A DNA stretch of 64,000 nucleotides from Terriglobia bacterium (GCA_963664115.2 CAXWPJ010000005.1:290250-354249); one strand, 5' to 3'; shown: positions 50,639-61,854, counted from the stretch's first letter. Made by a program: numbers and translations. The notes: generated by a model not told the origin, from the sequence alone.

Positions 50639-52092
50639 CGCATGAGCGCCTCGGCCAGGATTGCCTTCAAACGGTCACGCAAGGCTGCCGTTTCGGCCTC
50701 AGCGGCGTTTAGTTTCTCCAGAAGTTCTTCTGGGTCACCGTGGTCGTCGTCTTGCGTATGCGGGTTCTTGATGTCGAGGTTGTAGCCGCGTGCCTTGATC
50801 TCGTCGGCCGTCACCCTCCAGGCGCGCTCAGTCTCCTTCCGTCCTTCGCGATCCGCCCCGCCCCACCAGTCGATGCAGCCCTGCAAATGTTCCAACCGGA
50901 TCGGCCGGGTCATGGAGTAGGCCTTCTGGCCCTCAGGCACGAGATGTTCGTAAAACCAGATGTCCCCGGTCGGCTCACCCTTCTCGAAGAACAGCAGGTT
51001 GGTGCCGATTGAGGCGTAGGGACGGAATACGGAATTCGGCAGACGCACGATGGTGTGGAGGTTGCACTCCTCCATCAGGTGCTCTTTCAGCCGGGTTTTG
51101 ACACCCTCGCCGAACAGCGATCCATCGGGCAGGACCACAGCCGCGCGACCGGTCGGCTTCAACAGGCGGACGATCAGGGCGAGGAACAGATCCGCTGTTT
51201 CCTTGGTCCGGAAGTGTTGCGGGAAATTGCTCTCGATACCGTCCTCCTCCTTGCCGCCGAAGGGCGGGTTGGTGAGCACGATATCGACCCGGTCCTGTTG
51301 CCCCCAGCCGATATAGGGCCGGGCCAGAGTGTTGTCGTGACGGACAAAGCCCGGGTCCTCAATGCCGTACAGCAGCATGTTGGTGACGCAAAGCATATGC
51401 GGAAGCTGCTTCTTCTCCACGGCGCGCAGGGCTGCCTGCATCGTCTGCTCATCCTCGGGCCGCTTCACGTAGCGGTCGCGCATGTGACGCAAAGAACAGG
51501 TCAGGAAGCCGCCGGTGCCGCAGGCAGGGTCGAACAGGGTCTCGCCAGGCTTGGGATCGATGCGATCGACCATGAAGGCAGTGACGGCGCGGGGCGTGTA
51601 GTACTCACCGGCATTGCCCGCCGATTGCAGGTCGTTGAGGATCTGTTCGTAGATGTCGCCGAAATGCTGGCGTTCGCTCAGGTTGTTGAAGTCGACTTCG
51701 TTGATCTTGTTGACCACCTGCCGCATCAACTGGCCGGATTTCATGTAGTTGTAGGCATCCTCGAACACGGCCCGCACGACGCGGCGGCGATCCCCGGAGC
51801 GGCCGGTCACCTGAAGAGCTTTCAGGGACGGGAACAGGTCTTCGTCGACGAAGGCAAGTAGTGCCTCGCCGGTGATGCCCTCGGGATCGGCCGCCCAGGC
51901 ACGCCATTGATAGCGCGCGGGGATCGGCGACGCGTAGCCGGGCCGCATCAACTCCAGTTCCTGGTCCTGATCGTCGATGATCTTGAGGAAGAACATCCAG
52001 CACAGCTGGCTGATGCGTTGGGCATCGCCGTCGACACCGGTGTCCTGGCGCATGATGTTCTGGATGGATTTGACGAGGTTGCGGACGGACAT
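50635..52092 (-). CDS. hsdM: Type I RM m6A methyltransferase subunit
   Basis: GEYYTPR, DPACGTGGFL, NPPFGG. Confidence 0.95.
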   Translation of the reverse strand: MSVRNLVKSIQNIMRQDTGVDGDAQRISQLCWMFFLKIIDDQDQELELMRPGYASPIPARYQWRAWAADPEGITGEALLAFVDEDLFPSLKALQVTGRSGDRRRVVRAVFEDAYNYMKSGQLMRQVVNKINEVDFNNLSERQHFGDIYEQILNDLQSAGNAGEYYTPRAVTAFMVDRIDPKPGETLFDPACGTGGFLTCSLRHMRDRYVKRPEDEQTMQAALRAVEKKQLPHMLCVTNMLLYGIEDPGFVRHDNTLARPYIGWGQQDRVDIVLTNPPFGGKEEDGIESNFPQHFRTKETADLFLALIVRLLKPTGRAAVVLPDGSLFGEGVKTRLKEHLMEECNLHTIVRLPNSVFRPYASIGTNLLFFEKGEPTGDIWFYEHLVPEGQKAYSMTRPIRLEHLQGCIDWWGGADREGRKETERAWRVTADEIKARGYNLDIKNPHTQDDDHGDPEELLEKLNAAEAETAALRDRLKAILAEALMR

Positions 52093-52095
52093 GGG

Positions 52096-52757
52096 TTAGA
52101 CGATCTCCCGATAGAGAGCGGATTGAAGGTCATGGGCGGCCGCGACGAAACCCTCATGTCCGCCAAAGGCCTGGATAAGCTGAACAGGAGTGCCGAGTTC
52201 GGTGAAAGGCGGGATGCGCAGCACGTTGGTGTCCTCCAGGTTGAGCACCCCTTCGTCGGCGTACTTGGCGAGCAGAGCGTCGAGTACGGCGCGGGCCGGA
52301 TCCCCGTATTTGCTGAATACATCTCGTTTCTTGACATTTTCCGCGCGCTCGCTCCGGGTTAATGGTTTGGCGTCGAAGGCGACATGGCAGATCAGGTCGA
52401 AGGGATCCAGATCTTTGCCCAATTCTGCGCTGATAACGCCGAGGTCCAAGCCCTCGGCCTCCAACTCTTCGATAATCAACTGTTTGCGTTGTGTTCCCTT
52501 CCAGCGCCTCAAGAAATCGTCGAGGCTTGAAAATCGCTTCCTGAGTGCCCTCTTGGTGAAGTCGCGCAGGGACTCGGTGACAAGCTTTCCGTTCTCGTCC
52601 AGGTATTCCACCCTTTCCGCGACAATGGTTGCGCCCACCCCGTCTACATAAACCTTGCTCATCTCCGGCCCGTCGGGTGTCGGAGGCATCCCATTTGAGC
52701 CATCGATGATCGTTTCGTCTTCGCCCGGTTCCGGCGGTATGGGGTCCTCATCCGTGG
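52096..52757 (-). pseudogene. hsdR: Type I RM restriction subunit, C-terminal remnant truncated by IS5
   Basis: ERVEYLDENGKLVTESL..DPFDLICHVAFD..LTRSERA..LLAKYADEG (EcoEI-type R C-terminus). Confidence 0.85.
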
Positions 52758-53861
52758 AGCGTTGTTGCATGGATCATCCCGAAGGATGCCTTATCATCGT
52801 GTTTTTCAACACAGGGGATAACCTGGATGCCACATAAGTTCAACGCAGCGCGACGGCACAAGTTTGATAAGGCGCAGTACCGGGTGATCCACTGGGCAGA
52901 ATATAACGAGATCCTGCGCCAGCGGGGTGATCTGACGATTTGGGTCAGTGATGAGGCTCAAAGTGTGTGGAGCGCGCCGCGCCGCACGTCGCGGGGTGGC
53001 CAGCGGAGATACTCGGATCTGGCGATCGAGACATGCCTGACGCTGCGCACGGCGTATCGGCTTGGGTTGCGACAAACGCAAGGGCTGATGGGTTCCATCG
53101 GCACGCTCATGGAGCTGGATATACGGGTGCCGGATTACTCCACACTGTCGCGTCGTGCAAACGGCCTGAGCATCGTTCAGGTGATGAGGCAAGCCGGATC
53201 TGTGCCTGTCCATCTGGTGGTGGACAGTACCGGCCTCAAGATCTTCGGCGAAGGGGAATGGCTCGCGCAGAAGCATAAAACCAGGGGAATACGCCGCCGC
53301 TGGCGCAAACTCCACCTCGGACTGGACCTCCATCGCGGTACGATTGTTTGCGCCAATCTGACTCACGATGACGTGGGAGACAGCACTGCATTACCCGGGC
53401 TCTTGGATCAACTCGATGCCCCTGTCACTGGCTTTCTGGCGGACGGCGCCTATGATGGAGCGTCCACAAGGGATCTGCTGAGGGAACGGTATGGGGAGAC
53501 CCTGGATGTGGTTATACCGCCGCCAAAGAACGCCGTGATCCGCCCGCAATCGGCGCGGGATCCAACCGTTCGGGATCGCCATATTGCTCAGATCCGCAGC
53601 AACGGCCGCATGGCCTGGCAAGTGGCCACAGGGTACAACCAGCGCAGCCGGATAGAAACGCAGATCGGCCGTTGGAAGAGCGTCATCGGCCCCAAGCTCA
53701 AATCCCGCAGCTTCTCCAGGCAAATCACGGAGATCCAGCTCGGCCAGAAAGTCCTGAACACCATGACCGCACTCGGACGGCCTGTGTTCGAACGCACCGC
53801 CTGACGCTACGGCTTGGGAAAGGGCGAATTCCATCTCCGCCCCGATCCATGCAACAACGCT
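52758..53861 (+). mobile_element. IS5 family element, copy 3 (1104 bp, diverged isoform)
   Basis: IRs AGCGTTGTTGCATGGATC; no TSD; truncates genes on both sides. Confidence 0.9.
52827..53804 (+). CDS. IS5 family transposase
   Basis: 325 aa paralog of 22560-23537. Confidence 0.92.
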   Translation: MPHKFNAARRHKFDKAQYRVIHWAEYNEILRQRGDLTIWVSDEAQSVWSAPRRTSRGGQRRYSDLAIETCLTLRTAYRLGLRQTQGLMGSIGTLMELDIRVPDYSTLSRRANGLSIVQVMRQAGSVPVHLVVDSTGLKIFGEGEWLAQKHKTRGIRRRWRKLHLGLDLHRGTIVCANLTHDDVGDSTALPGLLDQLDAPVTGFLADGAYDGASTRDLLRERYGETLDVVIPPPKNAVIRPQSARDPTVRDRHIAQIRSNGRMAWQVATGYNQRSRIETQIGRWKSVIGPKLKSRSFSRQITEIQLGQKVLNTMTALGRPVFERTA

Positions 53862-54320
53862 CAGACGATAGACAATACCGGGAGGAACGACGGAGCAGCC
53901 TTAGGCAGCCGACTGCCGATTGCTGTGGGGGCCGCGCTCGCTCACCGGAAGCATGGACGTTTTTGCGTCGGCGTTCAGACCGACGGCGACCTGATGTATG
54001 CGCCGGGGGCTCTCTGGACCGCCGTGCATCATCGCATTCCGATGTTGCTCGTCATGCGCAACAACCGCGCATATCATCAGGAGGTCATGCATATCCAGCG
54101 CATGGCCAATTGGCGTCAACGGGGCATTACCAATGCCGGGATCGGCAATGTCATTACCGACCCCAACATCGATTACGCGACGTTGGTGCGAGGCATGGGC
54201 GTGTATAGCGAAGGACCGATTACTAACCCAAACGACCTTGGAGCGGCTTTGGAGCGTGCAGTGGAACGCGTCGAACTCGGCGAAACTGCACTGGTGGACG
54301 TTGTAACGCAACCGCGATAG
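53862..54320 (+). pseudogene. ThDP-dependent enzyme, C-terminal remnant
   Basis: LPIAVGAALA..TDGDLMY..LWTA..NN motif; 5' end removed by IS5. Confidence 0.8.
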
Positions 54321-54347
54321 GAAAATGAAGAAGGGAGACCGCTTGCT

Positions 54348-54710
54348 ATGCGCCTCACGATCTTTCTGATTCTGGCCCTAATTATGACCCCCGCGTTGGG
54401 TGGGCTGACTGCGGCACAGGCTCCAGTCGACGCGCCCCGCGGAGACGCTGAAAACGGCAAGAAGATTTTCGTTGGCTATGGATGCTATCAATGCCACGGC
54501 TACGCCGCTCACGGCGGCCCCGGAGGGCCAATTGGTCCGCCTACTTTCTCGTTTTCAGGTTTCGCACGATATGTCCGCCAGCCCGCCGGCGTGATGCCGC
54601 TTTACACCAGCAGGGTTGTGACGGATCAGGAACTGGCCGACATTTACGCTTTTCTACAGACGCTGCCTGAGCCGGTTCCAGCTGAGAGGATTCCGCTGCT
54701 GAACAATTGA
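54348..54710 (+). CDS. Mono-haem cytochrome c
   Basis: Signal peptide, GCYQCHG, GVMP axial Met. Confidence 0.88.
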   Translation: MRLTIFLILALIMTPALGGLTAAQAPVDAPRGDAENGKKIFVGYGCYQCHGYAAHGGPGGPIGPPTFSFSGFARYVRQPAGVMPLYTSRVVTDQELADIYAFLQTLPEPVPAERIPLLNN

Positions 54711-54869
54711 GGGAACGGAACTGCCGTCTTCTCCGCAACCTTCTGAAGGCACTTCGGGCATTTTCGCCGGTTCCGATAGCCATCGGCGACGAAGAACGTA
54801 GCGTCAGGCAGAAACACGATCTCGGCAGCCCAGCGAAATGCTCCCGCCGCGCTCGCCTAGCGTCAACAC

Positions 54870-55275
54870 CAGACGATCTCCGTCGTTTGTAAACTTGAAA
54901 ATCTGGTGGGCTTCGCGATTCACGACCCAAATGTGCCCGTCAGGATCGTACGGATTGATCCTCACGGCATGCGGATAGTTGAAGAGGTGGTACTACCACT
55001 GAGACCACTGATCGATGACCCGCCCGTTTCGATCGACGGTGAAGAGCAGGTCATCCCGTTTGGAGCCGGGGACGGCAGCGTCGAATTCCGTGGTTCCAGC
55101 CGACCCCGGTGGGGCCTGTTACTAATAAGATGAAGATTCGGTCAGCGCTCTCGGCCGTCACGCCGGTCAGGAAGGTCGTCCAGCCTTCATCGGTTGGCTC
55201 GAGCCAGTTTGGAACGACCTCGTAGGGCCCTGTGAGGTCAACACCGCCCCTCTCGGGCGGCCTCGATGGCGCCAC
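54870..55275 (-). pseudogene. NHL-repeat beta-propeller (PAL-like) remnant
   Basis: TGPYEVVPNW..GVTAESADRIFI; PHAVRIDPYDPDGHIWVV..HQIFKFTNDG, with stop and frameshifts. Confidence 0.55.
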
Positions 55276-55348
55276 CCATCGAGGCCGCGAGAAAGACGAT
55301 GAATAGCAAGCATCTCTTCGTAATCTCGAGTTGAAATCCCTCCGCCGC

Positions 55349-58300
55349 TTAGAACGCGTACTTCAACGCGAACTGCATGATGCGCGGGTCTTCAACGTTC
55401 GTGATCCGTCCGAATGTTCCGCTCCGGAAGTTGGTGCTGGGATTCATCGGCCGGGTGCTGTTGAAGAGGTTGAAAGCCTCGGCCCGGAGCTGGAACAGGT
55501 GCCCTTCACCAATGAACGGCAGTTGGAACGTCCGCGTCACCGCCCCGTCGATCGCCCATGTTTTGACGCCTCGAACGGAACGGAACCCCATGTTGCCGAT
55601 CGTTCCCAGGGACGGTTGGGCGAACGCCGCCTTGTTCAGGAATTGGGATCCTAAATCGCCCGACGTGTCCAGCTTGACGTCATCAAGCAGCTGATCCACC
55701 GGTTGATTCGCGGACCCGCGGCCCCCCAGGCCATTCAAGGCTCGATCCGTGCCGGTAACGATGCTCAAAGGATGTCCAGAAGAGACCCGGCCGATGATGG
55801 CTAGGCTCCAATCCGAGGCCACCGCCCGCAGAAAGGGAGTGGTGAAGAAGGTGGGCAGCGCGTAGACGCCGGTCAGGTTGAAGATGTGCCGCCGGTCCGT
55901 CAGGTTGCAGTTGGAGCGGTCCCGGGTGTTCGGCCGGATGGGAGCCTCGTTGGGTTGTATGTTGGCTATGCCATTGGACCCGTCGCTGATACAGTGCCCC
56001 CAGGTATAATTGGCGTTCAAGTTGATGCTGGCCACCGCCCCCCGGAGCGAAGTCGATAGACCGTGATAGTTCGACGTGGCGGCGGATCGGATGACATCGA
56101 TCGGCGCGAACCGTTCCGCGTCCGCAATATGCTGCGGCGTGCCGTTGGCCTGCGCCCAAAGGAGCAACTCCCGCCGGGCGTCCAGGTTACGGCTCGTCGA
56201 GCAGGTGGTGTTCGCCCTGCGCACGTTGAGCGCGAAGCCCTCGGCAAAGCAGTTCCCATCCGAGTCGGACCGTCCCGGGAACAAGATCACGGGGTTCTGG
56301 GTCTCGGTCTCCCACAGATGGGTGGTCTGACTGCCCAAGTAGGTCACCGAAAGGCGCACGTTGGCGGCGAGCTCACGCTGCACCGAGAGATTCCAGGACT
56401 GTACGGTCGGCTGGCCCAGGTCCCCGTCGCCTGGATATGGCGTGAAGACCGAACCCTCTAAGAACTTGGGATCCTCGCGGAAGTCGAACGGAAACGGGTT
56501 CCCTCCGGGGAAATCCAGGTATGGATCGTCTAAGGTCCCGCGCCGGTATTCCGTGCCCCCCGACCAGGGCGCGACGTTGTTCGCGCTACCCTGATTGGCC
56601 ATGGGCACGGTGTCGTAAGAGATGCCGTAGCTGGCCCGGATCGAGGTCCGGCCATCGCCGAACGGGTCCCAGGCCAGACCGACGCGCGGCGCGAACAGGG
56701 CCCATTTTTCCTTGTTCGGCGAGCGGCCGTCGAAATCGGCCGGCCCGTCGGCCATTTGTTGGCGCGTATACGTGAAGCCGGCCGGCGCGTTCGGAAACAC
56801 GACGCTCTTCTCACCGGCAAAGAAACCCTCCCGGGAGAACCTGTAGACGCGGACGCCGCCGAAGATGCCTTCTCCGGGATCCCAGACAAACGGCAAGTAC
56901 GGCTCCCACCGGAGGCCGAGGTTCAGCGTCAAGCGGGGGGTGACGCTCCAGGAGTCCTGACCATAAAAGCTGATGTAGTTCTGGTGCGGGTTCAGCTGGC
57001 TTCGCGCGCCCTGCCGGATCTGATTGATCTGGCCCGTCAGAAAATCCCCCATAGCGTTGCCCGTGTTAGAGCTACGGATGGTGATGTCCGGAATAGCCCG
57101 GGAAAACGCGGCCCGGTTCATCCAGTCGCGTGTCCAGATGAAGCCGAAACTGAGCTGGTGAGCCCCGGCAATCCAGCTCGTGTCGTTGCCGAACTGGATC
57201 TGCTGCTGGAACGCGTCGCGCTTGCACGTACGGCAGCCGATATCGAAAAAGCCGCTGACTCCTAAGTCCATTATGCCGTCGACCAACGTATGGGCGTCGA
57301 TACCGACGTCCCTGGGTGAGAAAAACCTGGCTGCATCGCCGTGCGTATCGAGGCGCAGGTAGGAGAAGCGAGAGCTCGTGACCAGGTTGGGGTTGACCAC
57401 CCAGGTGCCGGAGGTGATGATGTGATCGACGCGGTTGGCAGCAAGCCGCGCCCCGGCGGTCGTCAGCAGATTATCCGGGTCCGCGGTCAGCGGCGCGGTG
57501 TCCTTCGTAACCACCCAATCGACGAAGTACGATTGGTTCCCGGTGGCCTGCCAGTCGAGCCGCGCCACGCTCTGCCAATTATCCTCTACGGTCCGCGTGC
57601 CCGTCCGGATCTCCCCGCACGGGTCCGCGGTCTGGGGCAGCCGTCTGGAGATCTTCAAGGCCGCTGGGCTGAAGCGCGCCGGGTCCACGAAACCGTCGGC
57701 AAAGTCCGGGTCGGACCAGCTCGGATTGAAACACTGGTTGAACGTTCTGAAGTCGCCGTTCAACATCGCAGGCGTGGGCAGGATGGAGAGGCTGGAGGAC
57801 GGCTCGTCGCGTAATTTCGTGCCCTGGTAGCCATAAAAGAAGAACGCCTTGTCGCTCAGAATCGGCCCGCCGACCGTTCCGCCGAACTGGTTCCGTTTCA
57901 ACTGATTTTTTCTCGCGGCGTCCACTTCCTTGGCGTTGAACGCCTCGTTGCGCACGAACCAGAACAGGTTGCCGTGAAACGCGTTCGTCCCCGACGTGAT
58001 CGCTTGGCTCACCTGGGCTCCCGCAGACCGTCCGGTCGCGGCCTGCTGCGTGCCAGTGGACACCCGGAATTCGGAGAGCGCTTCCGGGAACGGCAACGGC
58101 ATGTTCGACCCGTCGAGGCGGTTGTTGGCCACGGCGCCGTCCAGCAGGTACTGCGTGCTGCCCAGCCCCCGCTGGCCGGCCACAGAGATCGTTACGCCCG
58201 TATCCATCGCTGTGTTAGACGCTCCGGGAGCCCTGCCCATTCCTGTGCCCTTTCCCCCCAGGATCACCGCGCCGACGCCTGACAGCGTGATCAGCGACGT

Positions 58301-58783
58301 GACGTCGCGGGCCGCCAAAGGCAGCTCGAGAATTCGCTCGGTCTCGATCACCTCGGAGATGGCAATGCTGCGCAACTCCACCTGCGTCTCCTCGTTGGCC
58401 TGAACTTCGATCGACTGGGTGATGTCGCCGACCTCGAGCACCGGATCGATCGTAATGTTGCCGCCGACTCGCAACACAATATTGGTCTGCACGAATGTTT
58501 GAAAGCCCGGGATGGCAGCCTCCACTCGGTATTGGCCCGGATTCAGGTTCGGGAATGTGTAGATTCCGATTTCATTCGTCACAGCGCCACGTACTGTGCC
58601 CGTTTCCGTCCGCGTCAGCGTCACGTCCACGCCGGGTAATAGGGCGCCGGTCTGATCCGCAACCCGGCCGTTGATCTGGCTCGTAGTTTGACTGAACAGT
58701 GTTGCCGGGATCAGCGAACAAATCGTCAGTGTCAGCGCCGAGACAAGAATCTTACGAGTCAGGGCTGATCTTAGATATCTCAT
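55349..58783 (-). CDS. Oar-like TonB-dependent receptor
   Basis: GGAGG RBS, signal peptide, DQTGALLPGV, SGTNAFHG, NQFGGTVGGP, PRIMQFALKYAF. Confidence 0.92.
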   Translation of the reverse strand: MRYLRSALTRKILVSALTLTICSLIPATLFSQTTSQINGRVADQTGALLPGVDVTLTRTETGTVRGAVTNEIGIYTFPNLNPGQYRVEAAIPGFQTFVQTNIVLRVGGNITIDPVLEVGDITQSIEVQANEETQVELRSIAISEVIETERILELPLAARDVTSLITLSGVGAVILGGKGTGMGRAPGASNTAMDTGVTISVAGQRGLGSTQYLLDGAVANNRLDGSNMPLPFPEALSEFRVSTGTQQAATGRSAGAQVSQAITSGTNAFHGNLFWFVRNEAFNAKEVDAARKNQLKRNQFGGTVGGPILSDKAFFFYGYQGTKLRDEPSSSLSILPTPAMLNGDFRTFNQCFNPSWSDPDFADGFVDPARFSPAALKISRRLPQTADPCGEIRTGTRTVEDNWQSVARLDWQATGNQSYFVDWVVTKDTAPLTADPDNLLTTAGARLAANRVDHIITSGTWVVNPNLVTSSRFSYLRLDTHGDAARFFSPRDVGIDAHTLVDGIMDLGVSGFFDIGCRTCKRDAFQQQIQFGNDTSWIAGAHQLSFGFIWTRDWMNRAAFSRAIPDITIRSSNTGNAMGDFLTGQINQIRQGARSQLNPHQNYISFYGQDSWSVTPRLTLNLGLRWEPYLPFVWDPGEGIFGGVRVYRFSREGFFAGEKSVVFPNAPAGFTYTRQQMADGPADFDGRSPNKEKWALFAPRVGLAWDPFGDGRTSIRASYGISYDTVPMANQGSANNVAPWSGGTEYRRGTLDDPYLDFPGGNPFPFDFREDPKFLEGSVFTPYPGDGDLGQPTVQSWNLSVQRELAANVRLSVTYLGSQTTHLWETETQNPVILFPGRSDSDGNCFAEGFALNVRRANTTCSTSRNLDARRELLLWAQANGTPQHIADAERFAPIDVIRSAATSNYHGLSTSLRGAVASINLNANYTWGHCISDGSNGIANIQPNEAPIRPNTRDRSNCNLTDRRHIFNLTGVYALPTFFTTPFLRAVASDWSLAIIGRVSSGHPLSIVTGTDRALNGLGGRGSANQPVDQLLDDVKLDTSGDLGSQFLNKAAFAQPSLGTIGNMGFRSVRGVKTWAIDGAVTRTFQLPFIGEGHLFQLRAEAFNLFNSTRPMNPSTNFRSGTFGRITNVEDPRIMQFALKYAF

Positions 58784-59060
58784 CTGGCAACCTCCTCCCA
58801 CTTTCCTCTCATTGTTAAGCAATCATTCGCCATCCGTTGTTAGGCACCCATTCGTTCTGCCCAGCGCCTACATCCTGTATATCCACACGTCATGCAAAGC
58901 TTGTCATGCCCTCTCCCGGTCCCGGTCCTGTTCTAAGGAGCGCCCTCAGACGTTGGGCCTGAACCCGAGCACCTTTTCTTTTCCTATTCAGGGCTGTTTG
59001 TAGAACTTTTGAAAGATTACCCTCTGGGTTGCAGACCGTCAAAGCATTTCGTATCCGGTG

Positions 59061-59206
59061 GACCTTGTTGCATGGATCATCCCGAAGGATGCCTTGTTAT
59101 TGGGTTTTTCAACACCGGGGATAACTTGGATGCCACATAAGTTCAACGCAGCGCGACGGCACAAGTTTGATAAGGCGCAGTACCGGGTGATCCATGCAAC
59201 AACGCT
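59061..59206 (+). mobile_element. 146-bp internally deleted IS5 derivative (MITE-like)
   Basis: IRL plus first ~20 codons of the transposase joined at GATCCA to the IRR. Confidence 0.85.
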
Positions 59207-59445
59207 GTCCAGAGGCGGTCGCCTCGATGAAATCGTCGATGCGGAAGCCGAGACCCTCAAATAGGCAACGGTTTTCACGGCCTGACCATGGAACACGGCT
59301 TCTAGTATTTTATATGACAGATAAGGAGCATGGAATGCGTCACATTCCATGCTACTAAACTGTTCGGTCATAATGAGCGTTTCTTCCTGACAGAACCCTG
59401 CCGGTCTCCGGTCCCGACGTCTCGTCAACGCGTCCTTCTGCATGG
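59207..59445 (-). pseudogene. Serine resolvase start and res-like region remnant
   Basis: VKTVAYLRVS; upstream AT-rich region with ATGACAGA/TGTCAT-type boxes. Confidence 0.4.
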
Positions 59446-59800
59446 CTTTTCTTATAACTCGGCCTTCATTCCGAATCAGGTCCGCACGGCCATGATCCGA
59501 TGTATCCCCACCACCCTTGCGTTAATATTCTTTAGCTTGAGGGTGGCTTTGCTACGGGTAGCCCTAGCGGGGCTGTCCTGCTTGCGCAGCGAGCTTTCCC
59601 CTACGATTGGACGGCGGGGTTCGCGTTCGGATCGATCCTGAACAATGGGAGGTATCGTGCGATGGGGATTAAGGTTTTAGCGGGGGACTTTAAGAACAGA
59701 TCAGAAAACGGTGCGCAGGCGGCCTTTACTATGGGGCGGTTCATGTTCCCGGACCCGTGGGATGCATAACGACAGCTATCAACTCATAGGCAAGGATCAG

Positions 59801-60409
59801 ATGGAACCTTCCATTCTGATCCGCAGACTGCGCCCGTGGCAATCCGGGGACGCCGACAGTGCCCAATCCCTAGTCCAGGGTGTTCTGGCTGCGTATAGAC
59901 ACAATGAGTGGCTCTGCGACCCGTTCAGATGGGAGGCAAGTGTTCACCCTCTATTCTATTTCGCGAAAGGCCGGGACAACATACCCATCAAGGCCGTGGA
60001 TGAGCGGATTTTCAAGTGGGCGGGTCACCCATCAGACCAGAAGAAACCAACGATCGAGAAGATGCTGGGTCCGGTCGCTAACGCCGAAGTGGACCTGCTC
60101 ATCGAATCGGCGAACTACTTCATGTTCATCGAGGCCAAGAAACCCGGCGAGAAAGCCCGGTTTTCACCCAGCAAGGAAGAATATGGGAAGGTTCACCAAT
60201 TGGTCCGCCAGTTTGTAGAGGGCCGTCTGCTCGCCAGTCAGATCGACAAGACATTCATGTTGGCCACGCTGGGTGCTTCTGATGGGAATTTCGTTCAGGT
60301 TGAACCGAGCGAGGGTGACAGGCGGCTCCTGCAGGCAGTGGGACAGAGCAGCGAGGACTTCCCTTTCCCTAAGATGCCGAACTTCGGCTGGGAGTTGTTG
60401 CCAGAATAG
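59801..60409 (+). CDS. Putative PD-(D/E)XK nuclease-fold protein
   Basis: EVDLLIES..FMFIEAK..HQLVRQF; AAGGA RBS. Confidence 0.6.
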   Translation: MEPSILIRRLRPWQSGDADSAQSLVQGVLAAYRHNEWLCDPFRWEASVHPLFYFAKGRDNIPIKAVDERIFKWAGHPSDQKKPTIEKMLGPVANAEVDLLIESANYFMFIEAKKPGEKARFSPSKEEYGKVHQLVRQFVEGRLLASQIDKTFMLATLGASDGNFVQVEPSEGDRRLLQAVGQSSEDFPFPKMPNFGWELLPE

Positions 60410-60572
60410 TCCGACGAAATGCCGCAGGATGCTGACCCGATGCCGTTAGGAGCCGTCTGGTGTGGTTTTCGGGATGGAATCCGATCCTGATATCGATTGA
60501 AGCCGATGATCGATCGCGCATGCTCCGGGAAGAACCACAACATAAGGCAAGTTGAACAAGGACAAGAGACCA

Positions 60573-61430
60573 ATGGATGGCAAAAACACTCCAATCCCGC
60601 ACTCATCCATACCCAGCACTGCAGAACTCATGCTCCCGGTTCTCAAGGCGCTGGCCGACGGTGCAGAGACACCGCTCTCCGAGGTGCGATCGCGAGTTGC
60701 CGCCGCACTGGGATTGAACACTGAAGATTTGCTGAAAACGAATCCTGGCGGCAAGGCCCCGCTGTTCCGGGTTCGGATCAAACACGCAACAAACCAAAGA
60801 AAACGCGAGGGCTTGGTGGAAAGGGTCCGTCCCGCCGTCTATCGGTTGACTGAGGAAGGCGCGCAGCTGCTGGCCCAAGAGCCATCCGAGCCGCCGCCGA
60901 TCCCACCGCCACCGGAGGAAGCGTTAGATCACGCTGCCAGACAACTGAGCCAGGAGCTAGAGGCGGATGTTCTGGACCGGGTTCGCCAGGCGGACCCTGC
61001 GTTTCTCGAACAGGTGGTGGTGGACCTGATGATCGCCATGGGCTATGGCGACGGCGACGATGCGATGGGCCAGGTGACCGGGGGTTCGGGCGACGGTGGA
61101 ATCGATGGCACGATCCGGGAAGACGCGCTCGGTCTGGACGAGGTTTATCTTCAGGCCAAAAAATATGCTGATGGCAACACCGTGGGCGAAAGCGCCCTGC
61201 GCAACTTCGCCGGGGCGATCGATGCGGCCGGCGCGATGAAGGGGGTGTTCGTCACTACCTCCAGTTTCACCAAGGCGGCTCGGGACTATGTGGCGCGGAG
61301 TCCGAAACGCATTGTCCTGATCGACGGTGACGAATTGGGGCGTCTGATGGTCAAGCACGACATCGGCGTACGCCTGAAAATGCGCTACGAGATCAAACGG
61401 ATAGACGAAGGGTATTTCGACGTGGAATAG
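60573..61430 (+). CDS. mrr: Mrr type IV restriction endonuclease
   Basis: LMLPVLKALADG N-domain; FLEQVVVDLM..MGYG, GDGGIDG..DALGLD..QAKKY, LIDG..LM. Confidence 0.92.
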   Translation: MDGKNTPIPHSSIPSTAELMLPVLKALADGAETPLSEVRSRVAAALGLNTEDLLKTNPGGKAPLFRVRIKHATNQRKREGLVERVRPAVYRLTEEGAQLLAQEPSEPPPIPPPPEEALDHAARQLSQELEADVLDRVRQADPAFLEQVVVDLMIAMGYGDGDDAMGQVTGGSGDGGIDGTIREDALGLDEVYLQAKKYADGNTVGESALRNFAGAIDAAGAMKGVFVTTSSFTKAARDYVARSPKRIVLIDGDELGRLMVKHDIGVRLKMRYEIKRIDEGYFDVE

Positions 61431-61607
61431 GCAATCTGTCCAACAATGTCGTCTTGTCCGCGTCGTCACTAACGTCATCCGATTTTGTCATTGGATCAGG
61501 ACCGGGCGGGCCGCTTCGGCATCGTCCTGCGGTACGGCTTCGCCATCGGCGTACATGTTGGTGCCGGATTTCAGGGTGCGCGTCCGAGTCCTGTCCTCGC
61601 ATTCACG

Positions 61608-61850
61608 ATGTTTAGAAGCAACGGTAACCGACTGTTTCTGGTCTCCTGCGTGAAGACCAAAGGGGCGGTGCCCGCGTCGGCAATGCTCCGACTGGTTTCG
61701 AAAGGCGAGGGCCTGTGTGGAGAAGACGGGCTGTCAGTGGCGCATCTTGTCGGCGCAGTACGGCTTGGTTCATCCGGAAGAAGAAATCCAGCCCTACGAA
61801 AAGACCCTGAACACGATGCGCGTGAAGGAACGGCGTGCCTCGGCGCCTGT
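61608..61850 (+). pseudogene. DUF6884-like protein, frameshifted and truncated
   Basis: LVSCVKTK / SDWFRKAR..WRILSAQYGLV..PYEKTLN in two frames. Confidence 0.55.
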
Positions 61851-61854
61851 CTTC

